From assembly GCF_018977255.1 (NCBI RefSeq), contig NW_024704743.1:6760001-6824000 (forward strand): a stretch of 64,000 nt of DNA, in the 5' to 3' direction. Shown here piece after piece: positions 13,001-25,065 of this stretch. The position numbers and the translations under genes were made by a program. Source of the DNA: Callorhinchus milii. Taxonomy: Eukaryota. The stretch's first letter is position 1; each line of letters begins with the position of its first letter. The notes beneath the pieces are model-generated. The model worked only from the letters and a program-made list of their open reading frames with translations, had not been told where the DNA came from and searched no databases.

Positions 13001-13900
13001 AAGTTGTAAAAGATGGAAAACACAAAATAAGATAAACACTGGGCGAATCTGGAATATGGAAATATGCTAATAGAAAATAATGGAGGGTCAGCAGCACAAA
13101 TGGTGATGTCAAGAAGATCAAGAGACCTACTGATAAGCAAAGAGAGAAAAAATAAGCCTCAGGTTACAGCGACAACGGACTAGAGAGGAACACTGAAATG
13201 AAAAGGGAAAAAAGAAGTTTTGAAGAGAGGAAGAAAATGTGGTTCAGAAAGACATCAGAACAGAAGGATGGACAAAAGGGGAGATATGGAGAGTAGATTA
13301 AAGTTGGATAATAGATGTAAACCGAAAAATTTACAGAAGGTCATGGGAGATGTAGAAAAGAATGGAAGAGGTTGGAAGAACAAAAGGAAGATCAGGGAGA
13401 GGCATAAAAAAAATCAAGAACTGCCAGAAAGAGCAATAAAATGACCTCAAAGGTTAATTGAAAAGCGAAGAGAAAAGAAACAACTGAAGAAGGAAAGACA
13501 TGGGATATCCCTTTAAGAGTGAGGGCCAATTGGAGAAGGAACCAATGAACTGAAAACCACCAAGTATAAAAGGGATAGTGGGAAGTTAGCCATTGTGTGT
13601 GGTTAAAAGTTGGGAGTTGCCAATACAAAACCTGTCTAACACACCAGTGCTTTGGATGGCATATTGTTACACCCTGTGGTCTACTCCATTTTAGAGGAGA
13701 ACCACATTGTGGCAATATTTCCCAAACCATGTGCATCTCAGCACGTGGGATGCTTGTGCACCATAATTAAGGTGATAACTGTTTACCTTTTTTCACTATT
13801 AAAAATGGGTTATTTATCAGTTAAGCCATTCATTAAGGATAGAGGACAGGGAGGAGGTTAAAAGGGAGATAGACAATGAGACTACTGCAGTTATCACCAA
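10100..13900 (+). mobile_element. Decayed Ty3/Gypsy LTR retrotransposon internal region (gag, RT, integrase remnants)
   Basis: gag-like LKEEMIRDQRVIGI (~10540); CCHC knuckle CYVCNKYGHNAGKC (~10810-10850); RT GYWQVKL...TTFSTPYGRYCFQRMSFGIKSAQEVFQKK (~11840-11970); integrase FAQHGI and HRTASPGYPQSNRLVERAI (~12840-12985). Many stops and frameshifts; paired LTRs not recognisable. Confidence 0.9.
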
Positions 13901-14129
13901 TTGATTTGCACGTGGAGTTGCTGTTCAGTGGAGTCACATGTATGTATCCCATGAGGAGGATGGAGGAGTGGGTGGTAATATAGAAAAGACACAATTAAGA
14001 TGGGTTGATTTGGTTCAGGTTAGTTCTTCTGCTGCTTCCCCCCACCCGTGGAGATGCAAGATGAAATCCTTATTTTTGGCACAGAAACTACATCCAGCAG
14101 ATTGTTTTAGAACTGCCTCTACTCACACC

Positions 14130-14532
14130 AAGCGATACATGTAAATGCAAGAAAATGAATAACCTGGGACTCGACTCTTAAACTTGCGGGTTAAGAGTCA
14201 ACCACACAATTGCTTGTGTTGTGACCACAGAAAGCAGTCCATCGAAAAACAAAATCATAACATTACCAGATGGCGATTTCTCGCTCAAATAACTTCTGAA
14301 AGTATTCAAAAACATATGACTAAATTATTGCGCAGGTTCTTAGAACTTTTTTGCCCACAAAATACACACTCAATTCACTTTACAGTATATTTTGTGCGGC
14401 GCTTTGAGACATCTCAATGAATGTGATAAATGCAAAGATTATTATCAATGTTTTATTAGAAAATTAGCTAAACTTTGGTCTGTTTTTGAGTTGAGTCCCA
14501 GGTTATCCACTTCTTGTTAAAGGTGCACGCTT
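14130..14532. repeat. Inverted-repeat pair (probable MITE remnant)
   Basis: ataacctgggactcgactcttaaac (14159-14183) pairs with gtttttgagttgagtcccaggttat (~14482-14506) at 22/25, with weaker outer extension. Confidence 0.7.
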
Positions 14533-17006
14533 CACTAAGTTTTTTTTATTATTTGATGGGCAAACTCTTTACATCTTATTTACAACAAGTTGCACTTAAA
14601 TATAAATGAATAATGCACAAAAAACATTATGGAGGACCTTACTGCATTGATTGAAATGGAAGCTCATCAGGATGGAACTAGGAATTGACATAGTTATTTA
14701 TTTTGCTTTTTGATCAAAATAATTACTTGCCCAAAAATTCCTTCATTACACCAATGTCCTGATAACTAATCTTACAGGAAAAATATAGTTGTATTTCATC
14801 CAAACTCAATGTTGCCTCTCCTTTAGAAGGTACACGCTTACCAACGAACATCAATATCAACATATACAGAAGCTTATCTTTTTGGAACACTTCACAGGGA
14901 ATGCAGTAAGTTACCATCTTGTTGTATCATTATTTCCCTTCAATTTATCTTACACAGGGGTTCTGCTGATCAATTCACCAAAAATATTAATGCCTTTTTT
15001 TTCTGAATGGCAAGCTAGGCAATTTTAATTGGTTAAACTACAACCACATTCAGGGATCCCCAAGCCTTGGGTCTTGCCAGCCTGCACCTAATACTTTCTG
15101 AAACTAGGTAAGCAGCATGTGTCCCTCCAGAGAGAGCAAACATTCCAGATAGGGAAATTTGCACTTGTATATATACACACACAAGTGGCCAAAAAGACCC
15201 TTTAACTGCTGGTGCCCTTGGAGGATTTTGTTACTGTTCACAGCATAGTTCCATTTACCACATTCAGAACAGAAGAGGATTACAATTTATGTAATTTTAC
15301 AATTTTAAGGGGAAGTGAATTTTCCAGTGGATTTTCAGCAGCAAAATATTTGGCTTGGAAGACAAAAATGTCATGTATTATAGTTGTTAGGCACATTGAT
15401 GCTTGAAAACTTGGAATGGCTAACCATTTACAGATTGCTGTTGCTGAACCTTTTTGTGCAGGTAGGAAAAGATTGGAACCAGTAGAAAGCGACCCATTGT
15501 CGAGCAAGCTCAAGCCTCTTTTGAGGATTATAAACGAGAATAAGAGTTACAGTAACTTTATTTATACTTTGGTGACCAATACTATGAAAATCACTTCTTA
15601 TCCTCCAGCAGACAGGAAGGCAAAGTCTGAACCGAGGAAACCTGATTAAAATGGCCTGATTTGGTTGGTGTCAGTTTTCTTCCTTTCCCTTTGACACGTG
15701 TGCCCTCACTAGAAGATTTTATGCTACCATGCAATTTACACGTATGCAGCATCTTTCATGTTAGCAAGACGTCTCAAAGTGCTTGGAAGCTGCTGGTTGG
15801 GTACCTCAATTGGGGAAAGATATCAAAAGTGAGGTGAGGGAGTTAGGTCTCAAGATGGACCTTGAACAAGGTAGGGAGGGTGCGAGACAGAGGGACTCTG
15901 GGATGGAGTTCCAAAGAGCGGAGGTAGAATGTCTAAAAGCCTGCCCACTGATAATGGGGGATCTTGTCCCCACGGACATCTAATATAATGTCTAAGTTAT
16001 ACTGGAACACAATAGCAATCATTGCACGTCATTGTGTGGAGCACCCAAGATGTTTAAAGGACAACATCAAATGAGAGTATTATTTATTTTTTATTTAGTT
16101 CATTAATTAATTTGCCTTTCTAAGGACAGAACCTTCGAATGGTAACTTCAAGAGTCGTGAAACCAATCTCAAAACTATATTACAGATTTGAGCATTGAAC
16201 AAGTTGACAGGTTCAAAGATTGAAACAAAGTCTGCAATTTAATTTAGTATCCGGAAAGGCAGTCAGTATTAGTTAGTGAATATGGCAATAACTTGCGAAT
16301 ACACAGTGGACTAAATGGCTCAATGCTGAGCTGCAATATTCAATGATTCTTTCTGCTGCAAAGATCCCTTCATCTTAGACAACGACTTGCAGAGGGAGAA
16401 AGAAGAGCAGTGCAAGGTTAAGGAATGTTCACGATGGCAGAAAGGCTGCTGGGTCTAAACAAAGCAAAATTTGGGATGAAAGAACATTATACTTTAACTT
16501 TTGCTAAAAAAAATTTGAATTAGGGAACTTTTATGTATAGCTTTGTCCTGGGAGATCAAGTGGGATTATGGATAGTGTTACATGTCTAGGCTACCCCTTT
16601 TAGAAACATCAGCAGTATAAGGCAATTCAGTAGTCTGTACTTATTTAAGAAAGGATAAAGCATTTACTTTCAAATGTGATGACATAATTCCCTGTGTAGC
16701 GAGTTAGTCTTATAATCTGCTGATGCTGGAAAAAACAAACTCAGTAGGAGCAATTGTTCAACTGAACCTAAACTACAGTTCTACAATTTGGCTTTGGTTA
16801 ACCAATCTCACATTGTAAGTCAATCTCACTACAGATTTACTGGGATTTTACAAGAGTTGCATACTGAATGGCCTACTCCTGCTCCTATTTCTTATCTTCT
16901 TATAGTTATAAAGTGTTGAGCCATCACAATACCAAGACCCAACAAATAAATAATTCATAATTCACCACTTCATGACTTGCTCAGGTAAAAAAATGGGGAA
17001 GAAATA

Positions 17007-17396
17007 GTGGAGTCCTGTAGCTCAGTGGTTAGAGCACTCAACAACAACAACTTGCATTTATATAGCGCTCTTCACGCCGGGCAGCGTCTCAGAGCATCAC
17101 TCGCTTTGCATTCCCAGCAGGGCGAAACATTGCCTCTGTTTACCCAGCAGTAAGTAGGAACCCGGTTGTTAGTCGATTAGTCGCTTTTCCGGAGATGATA
17201 ATTCCTTCAAAAAAAATAATAATAAATTGGTCACATCAATCCACGACTGTTTGTGGGACACTGCTGTGTGCAATTGGTTGCCGTGTTTAGCCCACAAAAT
17301 ATACAGTCAATTCACTTTATTGTATACTCTGTGAAGCGCTTTGAGACGTCTCGAAGATGACAAGGCGCTATATCAAATGCAAGGATTATTATTATT
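17007..17396 (+). mobile_element. tRNA(Ala)-derived SINE, long variant, interrupted by a short L2 tail
   Basis: Same head and tail as other copies; antisense insert at 17040-17097 flanked by duplicated CACTC. Confidence 0.9.
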
Positions 17397-18024
17397 AATT
17401 ATTCCTGCAATCAGTGACAATAGATAAAACGTCCCAGAGTCCTTGGAATTCCTTCCCTGTATATTCTTATGAGATTTTGTGAAAGATTCTAAGAATCGCA
17501 TTTGCACGTCCACTTGGAAACCACAGCAGTAATCAGCGGTGTATAAGATGCTTTTCTTTGTTGTTTGTTTAACCCAAAACCTTCAGGAATTATTTTGTTC
17601 TAGTGCAGATTCCAATCCTAACTGCACAACGTTTCGTAACTGAGAGACAGGTTTCATGTCTTCCTTCTATACTTCTCGGATAATGTGCCTTTCTTGTAGG
17701 TGATCACTCAGTGTTGGCTCAGCACCCCCAAAACACCTTAACAACCCCAAAATAAGGTTGGGGAAACAACTGCGGTACGCTAGTACCTAACAATAATAAA
17801 TAATAATCCTTCCATTTGATATAGCGCCAAATCACACCTTTGAGACGTCTCAAAGTGCTTCACAGAATACACTGTAAAGTGAATTGAACAAATGCTACCT
17901 TTTAAAATGCTTGTATGTTAATTCATTAACCCATTCTGTTGTCTTAAAACTCTTCTGTACAATACTAAAGCAAATGCAGAACTAATTTGCAAGACACTAG
18001 ATTACTAGAATATTCTCTCTTTGT

Positions 18025-18480
18025 GCGTCGGCCTGGTTCAGTTGGTAGCTCTCTCCTCCGATTCAGCAGTTTGTGGATTCAAACCCCATGTCAATACTTT
18101 GAACTCACATATTCAAGGCTGATACTTCAGTGCAGCGCTAAGATTGTGCTGCATCGTTGGAGATGCCATCCTTCACACGTTAAATTTAAGTCCCGTCTGC
18201 CAGTTCAGGTGGGCATTAAAGATCCCATGGCATTATACAAAAAGAGAATGGAGTTTCTCCCAGTGCTTTGGTCAATGCAGCCCCAAATTAAATTGTCCAT
18301 TCAATTCATTGATGTTTGTGAGCAAAATGAACTGCACTGTTCACCTACATAATACAGTTAATATACTTCACATTATATATTGTGGGTTTTTCGCCCACAA
18401 AACATACAGTCAATTCACTTTACAGTATATTCTGTGAAGCCCTTTAAGATGCTATCATATGCAAGTATTATTATAATATC
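18025..18480 (+). mobile_element. Old Deu-domain SINE (SacSINE1/AmnSINE1-like)
   Basis: tRNA-like head, then the Deu-type core ...caggtgggcattaaagatcccatggcatta...gagtttctcccagtgctttggtcaa. Family assignment is from recalled consensus. Confidence 0.75.
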
Positions 18481-19222
18481 CTGAGATGCACTTTAAGATG
18501 TCCTCGTAACGTGAAAGGTCAATATTATATTTTAAGTATTATTATTTGTTAACTGTTTGCAAAAATGCTCAGAACTGTTCAAATCAATGTGCCAGCGCCA
18601 TAATTCTTAATCTCAGATTGATACACAAAATAAGAACACCCATATTACAAAAATCTGCATTATAAATGCGGCAAGCTTACCAAATACAATACCACTATCA
18701 GAATTTATCCAGTGTATGAGCAGGCATTCCACAGACCCAATTCTAGCCTACTCACGAGCAGTGTAATGTTAAATGTGGCATAACTGGCGAGACTGCCAAA
18801 CTGTGCCGATTTTATGTGATGAGCTTTCTTGCAACTCAAGGGCGACCATAACGTATGAGTTGCAGTTGAAAAAATAAAAGTCACGCTGAAGTCTATGAAG
18901 TATCCCTTTATAGTCCACTAGTGTACCACTGTATTCAACTGAGAGATCAAATCTGTAAAAAGGTTGTGGTTCTGCCAAATGTGCTTATTTTCCATTGTAA
19001 TGTCTAAAGAAAACATGATAGAAACGCAACAAATGTAAAATTCCAATGATGATAATGAATAATAAATAGCTTCAAAATGTTTCCAAGTTGAAAATCGATG
19101 TGTAAAAGTAAAAGTTCAGAAATTATCTTTGATTGGATATCAGTGCAAGCAAAGCAGAATTGTATTGTTTATTTTTTGTATTTACAATACAAATTTATAT
19201 TTATATAGTGTCTTTCATAAAA

Positions 19223-20660
19223 TCATAGAATTACACAGCACAGGAGGCCATTTGACACATCGTGTCTGTGCCGACTCTTTGAAAAGAACTATCCAATTCA
19301 ATCCCACTCCCCCGTTCTCTCCCCATAGCCCTGCAAACTTGTCCTCCCCAAATAATTATCTACTTCTCTCTTAAAAGTTGTTATCGAATCGGCTTCCACC
19401 GCTCTTTCAGGCAATGCATTCCAGAACTGAACAACTTGCTGTGTGAAAAAATTTCTCCTCACCTCTGTTTCTGTTAACAGCGATTTTAAATCAGTGCCCT
19501 CGGGTTCATCCTATCATACTTTTGAAAACTTCTATCAAGTCTTCTCTTAACCTTCTCTGCCCCAAGGAGAATAATCCTAGCTTCTCTAGCCTCTGCTGAT
19601 AACTGAAGTCCCTCATTCCTGGTACCATCCTGGTAAATCTCCTTTGCATCCTCTCCAATGCCTTGACATTCTTCCTCAAGTGTGGTGCCCAAAAGTGAAC
19701 ACAGTACTCTAGCTGAGGCCTATCTTATAAAGGTTCATAACTTCCTGACTTTTGTATTCTATGCCCCTATTTATAAAGCCTATAATGTTATAATAATTAT
19801 TATAATGCTATAATGATTATTATAACATAATATTCCCATGCTTTTTTTTAACAGCTTTATCTGCCTGTCCTGCCACCTTCAAAGATTAATTTATATGAAC
19901 CCTCAGGTCTCTCTGTTCCTTCACCCCCTTTAAGATTGTACCATCAGCTTATATTGCCTCTCCTCATTCTTCCTCCCAAAATGCATTACTTTACATTTCT
20001 CCACATTAAACTTCATCTGTCACGTGTCTGCCCATTTTATCAGTCTGTCTATGTTTATTTGCAGTCTGCTACTATCCTCCTCACTGTTTACTACTTTTCC
20101 TAGCTTATCATCATCTACAAACTTGGAAATTGTACTCTCTATATCCAAGTCCAGGTCATTTACAATGGTGCCAATAGTGACCCACGGGGAACACCATTGC
20201 ACACGTGGAGTCCTGTAGCTCAGTGGTTAGAGCACTCGCTTTGCAAGCGAGAGACCTGAGTTCAATTCCAGGCAGAGGGCCAAACCTTGGGCAAGTTTCC
20301 TTACTCCACACAGAGCCTAATAATAATCCCTCCAAAACAAAACAATAATAAATTGGTCATTTTCAATCTACGACTGTTTGTGGGACATTGTTGTGCGCAA
20401 TTGGCTGCCGCGTTCGCCCACAAATATACAGTCAATTCACTTTACAGTGTGTTCTGTGAAGCGCTTTGGGACGTCCTCCCGACGTGAAAAGCGCTATATC
20501 AAATGCAAGGATTATTATTATTATTATTATTATTATTTCCTCCTGTCAGAAAAACACCACCAGTCTCTGCTTTCTGTCTCTCAGCAAGTTCTGTATCCAC
20601 TGTTCCTTTAATACCATGGGCTTCTATTTTGCTTACAAGTCTCTTATGTGGCATGTCATG
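19223..20660 (-). mobile_element. CR1 LINE 3' fragment (RT C-terminus and 3' UTR), split by a SINE
   Basis: PHKRLVSKIEAHGIKG (~20590-20650) and NDLDLDIESTISKFVDDDKLG...RLQINIDRLIKWAD (~20025-20160) are CR1 RT motifs. Confidence 0.9.
20205..20536 (+). mobile_element. tRNA(Ala)-derived SINE, short variant, nested in a CR1
   Basis: Full head to (ATT)n tail; CR1 ORF2-like sequence on both sides. Confidence 0.93.
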
Positions 20661-21206
20661 AAGATGCCTCACAGTGCTTGATAATGCTAACTGGGAACCA
20701 CAGATGTGTGGGGAGGGGAAAGATGATAAAATGCAGTCAAGATTTAATGCAATGTATACTGATTGTGCGTTTGTATGAAAAACACAGCAGTGATTTGTGC
20801 ACAGCAACATCCCACAAGCAGTCATTAAGTAAAGGGTCTGACACCAGGTGAACTCATTAACGACTTCTTCCTTTAGATGTGAGCAGAACATTAGACTGAT
20901 CTAATCAAATCTGTGATGTAGCTAGGTCAATCTACAGTCCCTCAAAATCGCAGTGACTGTAAAGCCAAACCTTAAAGTATGTATGAGCTCATGAAAATAC
21001 TTTACAATGGTTTAGATTTCCTAGTATACTTTTGTCAACTTTTGTTGACATTTGTTAACATTTAACATTTTTAAAGATTTTTTTTTAAAAAAAGGTATCT
21101 TTACCTGATTTGTTTTGTTGAATCTCTCTCTAGCCAACTCAGGCTGGCTGTTGAGATCCAGTGCTGCAGTAGTTTAAGAACAGTCTTAATCTTGATTCAA
21201 ACCCAC

Positions 21207-21275
21207 CTTTCATGTCTCTGCTCAAATTCTTGTAAAGATCCCAAGTAAAAGTGCTTTCTAACGGGGTTGAATCCA
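21207..21275 (-). CDS. MPP7: Candidate MPP7 HOOK cassette exon, 69 nt, phase 1-1
   Basis: ttctgacctgttttgtgcAG|TGGATTCA...ATGAAAG|GTgggt. Open in the required frame: (V)DSTPLESTFTWDLYKNLSRDMK. Confidence 0.7.
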
Positions 21276-21477
21276 CTGCACAAAACAGGTCAGAATTTTG
21301 CACCAAACTGGCAATCTCACTTGCACAACCCATAAGACAGTGTGAAAATTATCATCTTAGTGCCATATGAGATATTCTTCTAATATTGCAGTTAAGGTAT
21401 ACTATTGAAGCAGTAGAACTAGGGCCTACTTCCACCTTGTGTTTCAAAAGTACAGTACTATCAAATCCCTAATTATC

Positions 21478-21787
21478 GTGGAGTCCTGTAGCTCAGTGGT
21501 TAGAGCACTCGCTTTGCAAGTGAGAGAGAGACCTGAGTTCAATTCCAGGCAGAGGGCGAAACCTTGGGCAAGTTTCCTTACTTCACACGCCTAATAATAA
21601 TCCCTTCAAAAAAAAAAACAATAATAAATTGGTTATTTTCAATCCATGACTGTTTGTGGGACATTGCTGTGCGCAATTGGCTGCCACGTTCGCCCACAAA
21701 TATACAGTCAATTCAGTCTACAGTATATTGTTTGAAGCGCTTTGGGACGTCTAGAAGACGTCAAAATGCAAGGATTATTATTATTAT
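21478..21787 (+). mobile_element. tRNA(Ala)-derived SINE, short variant
   Basis: Same head, body and tail as the 8832 copy. Confidence 0.92.
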
Positions 21788-22619
21788 ATCACTTCTGAAA
21801 ATAATCTTTCAGATCTGAAGGTGCATTATTAAATTTATTTTGGCAGCCATTGCTAATCTTTCAAATCTGTAAAAACACTATGCCTATAAAAACTGCTAGC
21901 AGTTTTTTTTAAGAACAAAAAACAAAACCTTTGTTGTGTTCTATTTTCTTCTATTTGATTACATTTCAGATTGAAACTGGGCACAACATTATCTTGAATG
22001 GTTACTTTGGTTGAAACCCAAACCTTTTAAGAATTGAAACTATTACATAATTTTATCTTGAGATGTGCTTTTATCAAAATATATAGTAACTACACTTTAC
22101 TGGTAATTCTTTGAAGTATTTTGAGATAGCCTCCTCACGTGAGAAGTGCTAAAGCAAATGCAAGGATCATTATTGTCATTAGGCTGATGTCAGATGCAGT
22201 TGCAGCCCTTCGCCTCACTTTCTTTAAATAAAATGGAAGTACATTGTAATGTGACATAAATATAAGTGTGGGGTAGATCTAACAAGGAATTTCGGAGGGG
22301 GTGATGAGAATGTGGAAATCACTGCTAGAAGCTGTGGGTAAAGCAAATAGCATCAATGTATTTGAGACTAAACTTGATTTATACATGAAGGAGCATGGAA
22401 TAGAGGGTTATAGTAGGGCTGAGGCTCTGTGGAGCTCTAAACACCATTATGGACCTTCCGTGCTGCATCATTCGTAAAACATTTAAAGGTTATAAACAAA
22501 ATAACTCCCATGGTGTTCTGTGCTCTTTGGAAGCTTTTTTTGGTCAGCGGAGTTTCTAACCCATCACCATGCTGAACTGTATCCAAACCAGACAGAGTTC
22601 CACATACGCATGCAAGTTC

Positions 22620-22917
22620 TGGAATCCTGTAGCTCAGTGATTAGAGCAGTCGCTTTGCAAGTGAGAGACCTGGGTTCGATTCCCAGCAGGGCAAAACCGT
22701 GGGCAAGTTTCCTTACTACACATGCCTGATAATAATCCGCCAAAAAATAAATAAATAAAAAATTTGGTCACTTCAATCCACGACTGTTTGTGGGACACTG
22801 CTGTGTGCAATTGGCTGTCGCGTTTTGCCTACAAATTCACTTGTATATTCTGTGAAGCGCTTTGAGACATCTAGAAGATGTGAAAAAGGCTATATCAAAT
22901 GCAAGGATTATTATTAT
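22620..22917 (+). mobile_element. tRNA(Ala)-derived SINE, more diverged copy
   Basis: TGGAATCCTGTAGCTCAGTGATTAGAGC...AAATGCAAGGATTATT. Confidence 0.9.
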
Positions 22918-24745
22918 ATATTAAGTTGCTTCAAACAGTTGTCTTGCAGAAGAGCAGTTTCAAAGATAGACATGCCAGAATACAATGGCTAAAATTGTTT
23001 TTGCAGAGCTTCAGCAGTGATCTCTATTTCCCCTCAGTGAAATTTGTAAAATGCGAATTTTACAGGAATTTCCCCCTAAGTGTTAGATATTCACTATCAG
23101 AAAGCAGGTTCCTGGCCCCTCAAGCAAACACTTATTTGGACCAACACTGTGAGGATAGAAATTCAAATTTTACAAATAATTTAATCTGCAATGAGTTTAC
23201 AATTGTAAATATTTTTAAATATTCATTATCGTCAAACAAATTAACCTTTCTAAGCACGGAAAACAAGAGAATTTGCACATCTTGCATTTGATACAGTTCA
23301 TTAATATATTAATAATGAATCGACTGCAGTCATTTAAATTCAATTAACTAGATACCAAAAGAGTTTCATTTACCATGTCAAGACAAGAACAAATGACATT
23401 TGTATAGCGCCTTTCACGTCGGGGAGATGACCCATGGCGCCGAGCAGTCAAGGATTTGCAACCGAGCTGGGGTTGGGATCAGGATTAGTGGAGGGCAGGG
23501 AGGATGGGGATACAGGGTGACTGAAGACACAGTTGGGCTTTGAAGGAGTCAAGGGAGGGGGCGAGGCAAAGGGACTGTGGGATGATTTAGACAGAAAGAT
23601 TTAGAAACGTAATTCCAGAGAATAGTGCATAGTAGCTGAAAGCCTGCCTGCTGGTGGTGGGACACAGGGGCAAGCAAACAGATCGAGCTGAGGAGAAGAA
23701 CAGGAGAGTGAAGCTGAAGGTGGTCACTCTGAGATCACAGTTCTGCAGGTTCCTCTCACCTACTTACAGCTCGAAAATTCCCATCAATATCTTAGAATTA
23801 ACAACATGAATAGTAATCCTTGCATTTGATATTGCGCCTTAACACACCATCGAGACGTTGGAAAGCATTTCACAGGGTTCACTGGAGAAGTGTAGTGACT
23901 GTGTATTTGCAGGCTAACGTGGCAGCCGAATTTGTGTAAAGCAATATCCCATAAACAGCCACAAAGTGAATGCCAATTCTATCTAGGGGACTCTTGCCCC
24001 GGAAACCAAAAGAAACTCTCCTCTTGACTTCACTCGCAGTCACTTTGTATGTCAGTGAAAGGGTTAATTTTAAAAAAGCAACTCTGTTGGTAAAATATTC
24101 GTCCTTGAAAGTCTTCTGGAGAAGGGCTCCCAAAGTGTAGAAATATGAGTGCAAGTCATTCCAGACTGTTGTTGATTAAGACAAAGAGGATACTTTCGAG
24201 ACAACTTTCATTTTTTAATTTAAGTTAGCAGACACAGCTGAAAGCATTGCAGCTAAAACATGGAAAATTGTGCCTCATAGCATGAAATCATGCAATGTTG
24301 GTGCCACAATAGACAAGACTTAAACATATTGTTGAAGCCAGAGGTAAATCTGCAGAGGACAGAAGTGCTTACAAATGCAAGAGACTTTTTTTAAAAAAAG
24401 ATCTTGTCAAGTGGAACATTTTTTGTGGAAGTCAAGCCATCATTAAATTACAAGACGTTGTCAGTAATTCTGATTTACTCTCTTTCCCCCATCGCTGTCC
24501 CTGTTTTTAGTTCTATAGAAATCAGCTGTAACTCATCTGACTGGAATGAATGGAAACCAATTGAAAGTGAAAAACACTAGCGTCAGCCCTGCAACTCCAG
24601 GGTCAATCTTGGTTTCCTAGTGATCAGCACTGGATATTCTGTGGCCTGTATGCCTTGCACAACGTATATAGAGTAATTAAGGGTTAAAAAATATAGCAAA
24701 CTTACATAATATTACAACATAGTTTTCTAAGCATTTTGCATAATA

Positions 24746-25065
24746 CAGTGGAGGCTAACTAATAATGCGGAGGTTGGGATCCATAAAATCATTGTGTTTG
24801 CATGCACCTGGTCAGTTTGATTTCCCTGCCAAATAATAGCACAACTTCCGGGTCGCTTCCGACATCATTTTCTGGGTCCCGCGTGTGACCACAATGTACA
24901 GGAAGTGACGGCAGCATCTAGGTTGCTGATTTTTTTTTGTGCAGGAACCAGTCAGCGTGAGAGAGCCAAATAAGCTGCTGTGTGCACAAGGAAAGAATGG
25001 GGTCCACATACTATTTGTGTGATAAACAAATCAGCGCTGTAACAAAGTTATAATAGGGGGCATTG
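24746..25065. mobile_element. Tigger/pogo-like MITE (old)
   Basis: TA|CAGTGGAGG...GGGGGCATTG|TA with degenerate inverted ends, flanking TA and a repeated subterminal motif (gggatccata / ggggtccaca). Confidence 0.55.

Noticed and set aside
19782..19832. AT-rich quasi-palindrome inside the CR1
   Set aside because: Low-complexity tataat slippage; self-complementarity is expected by chance.
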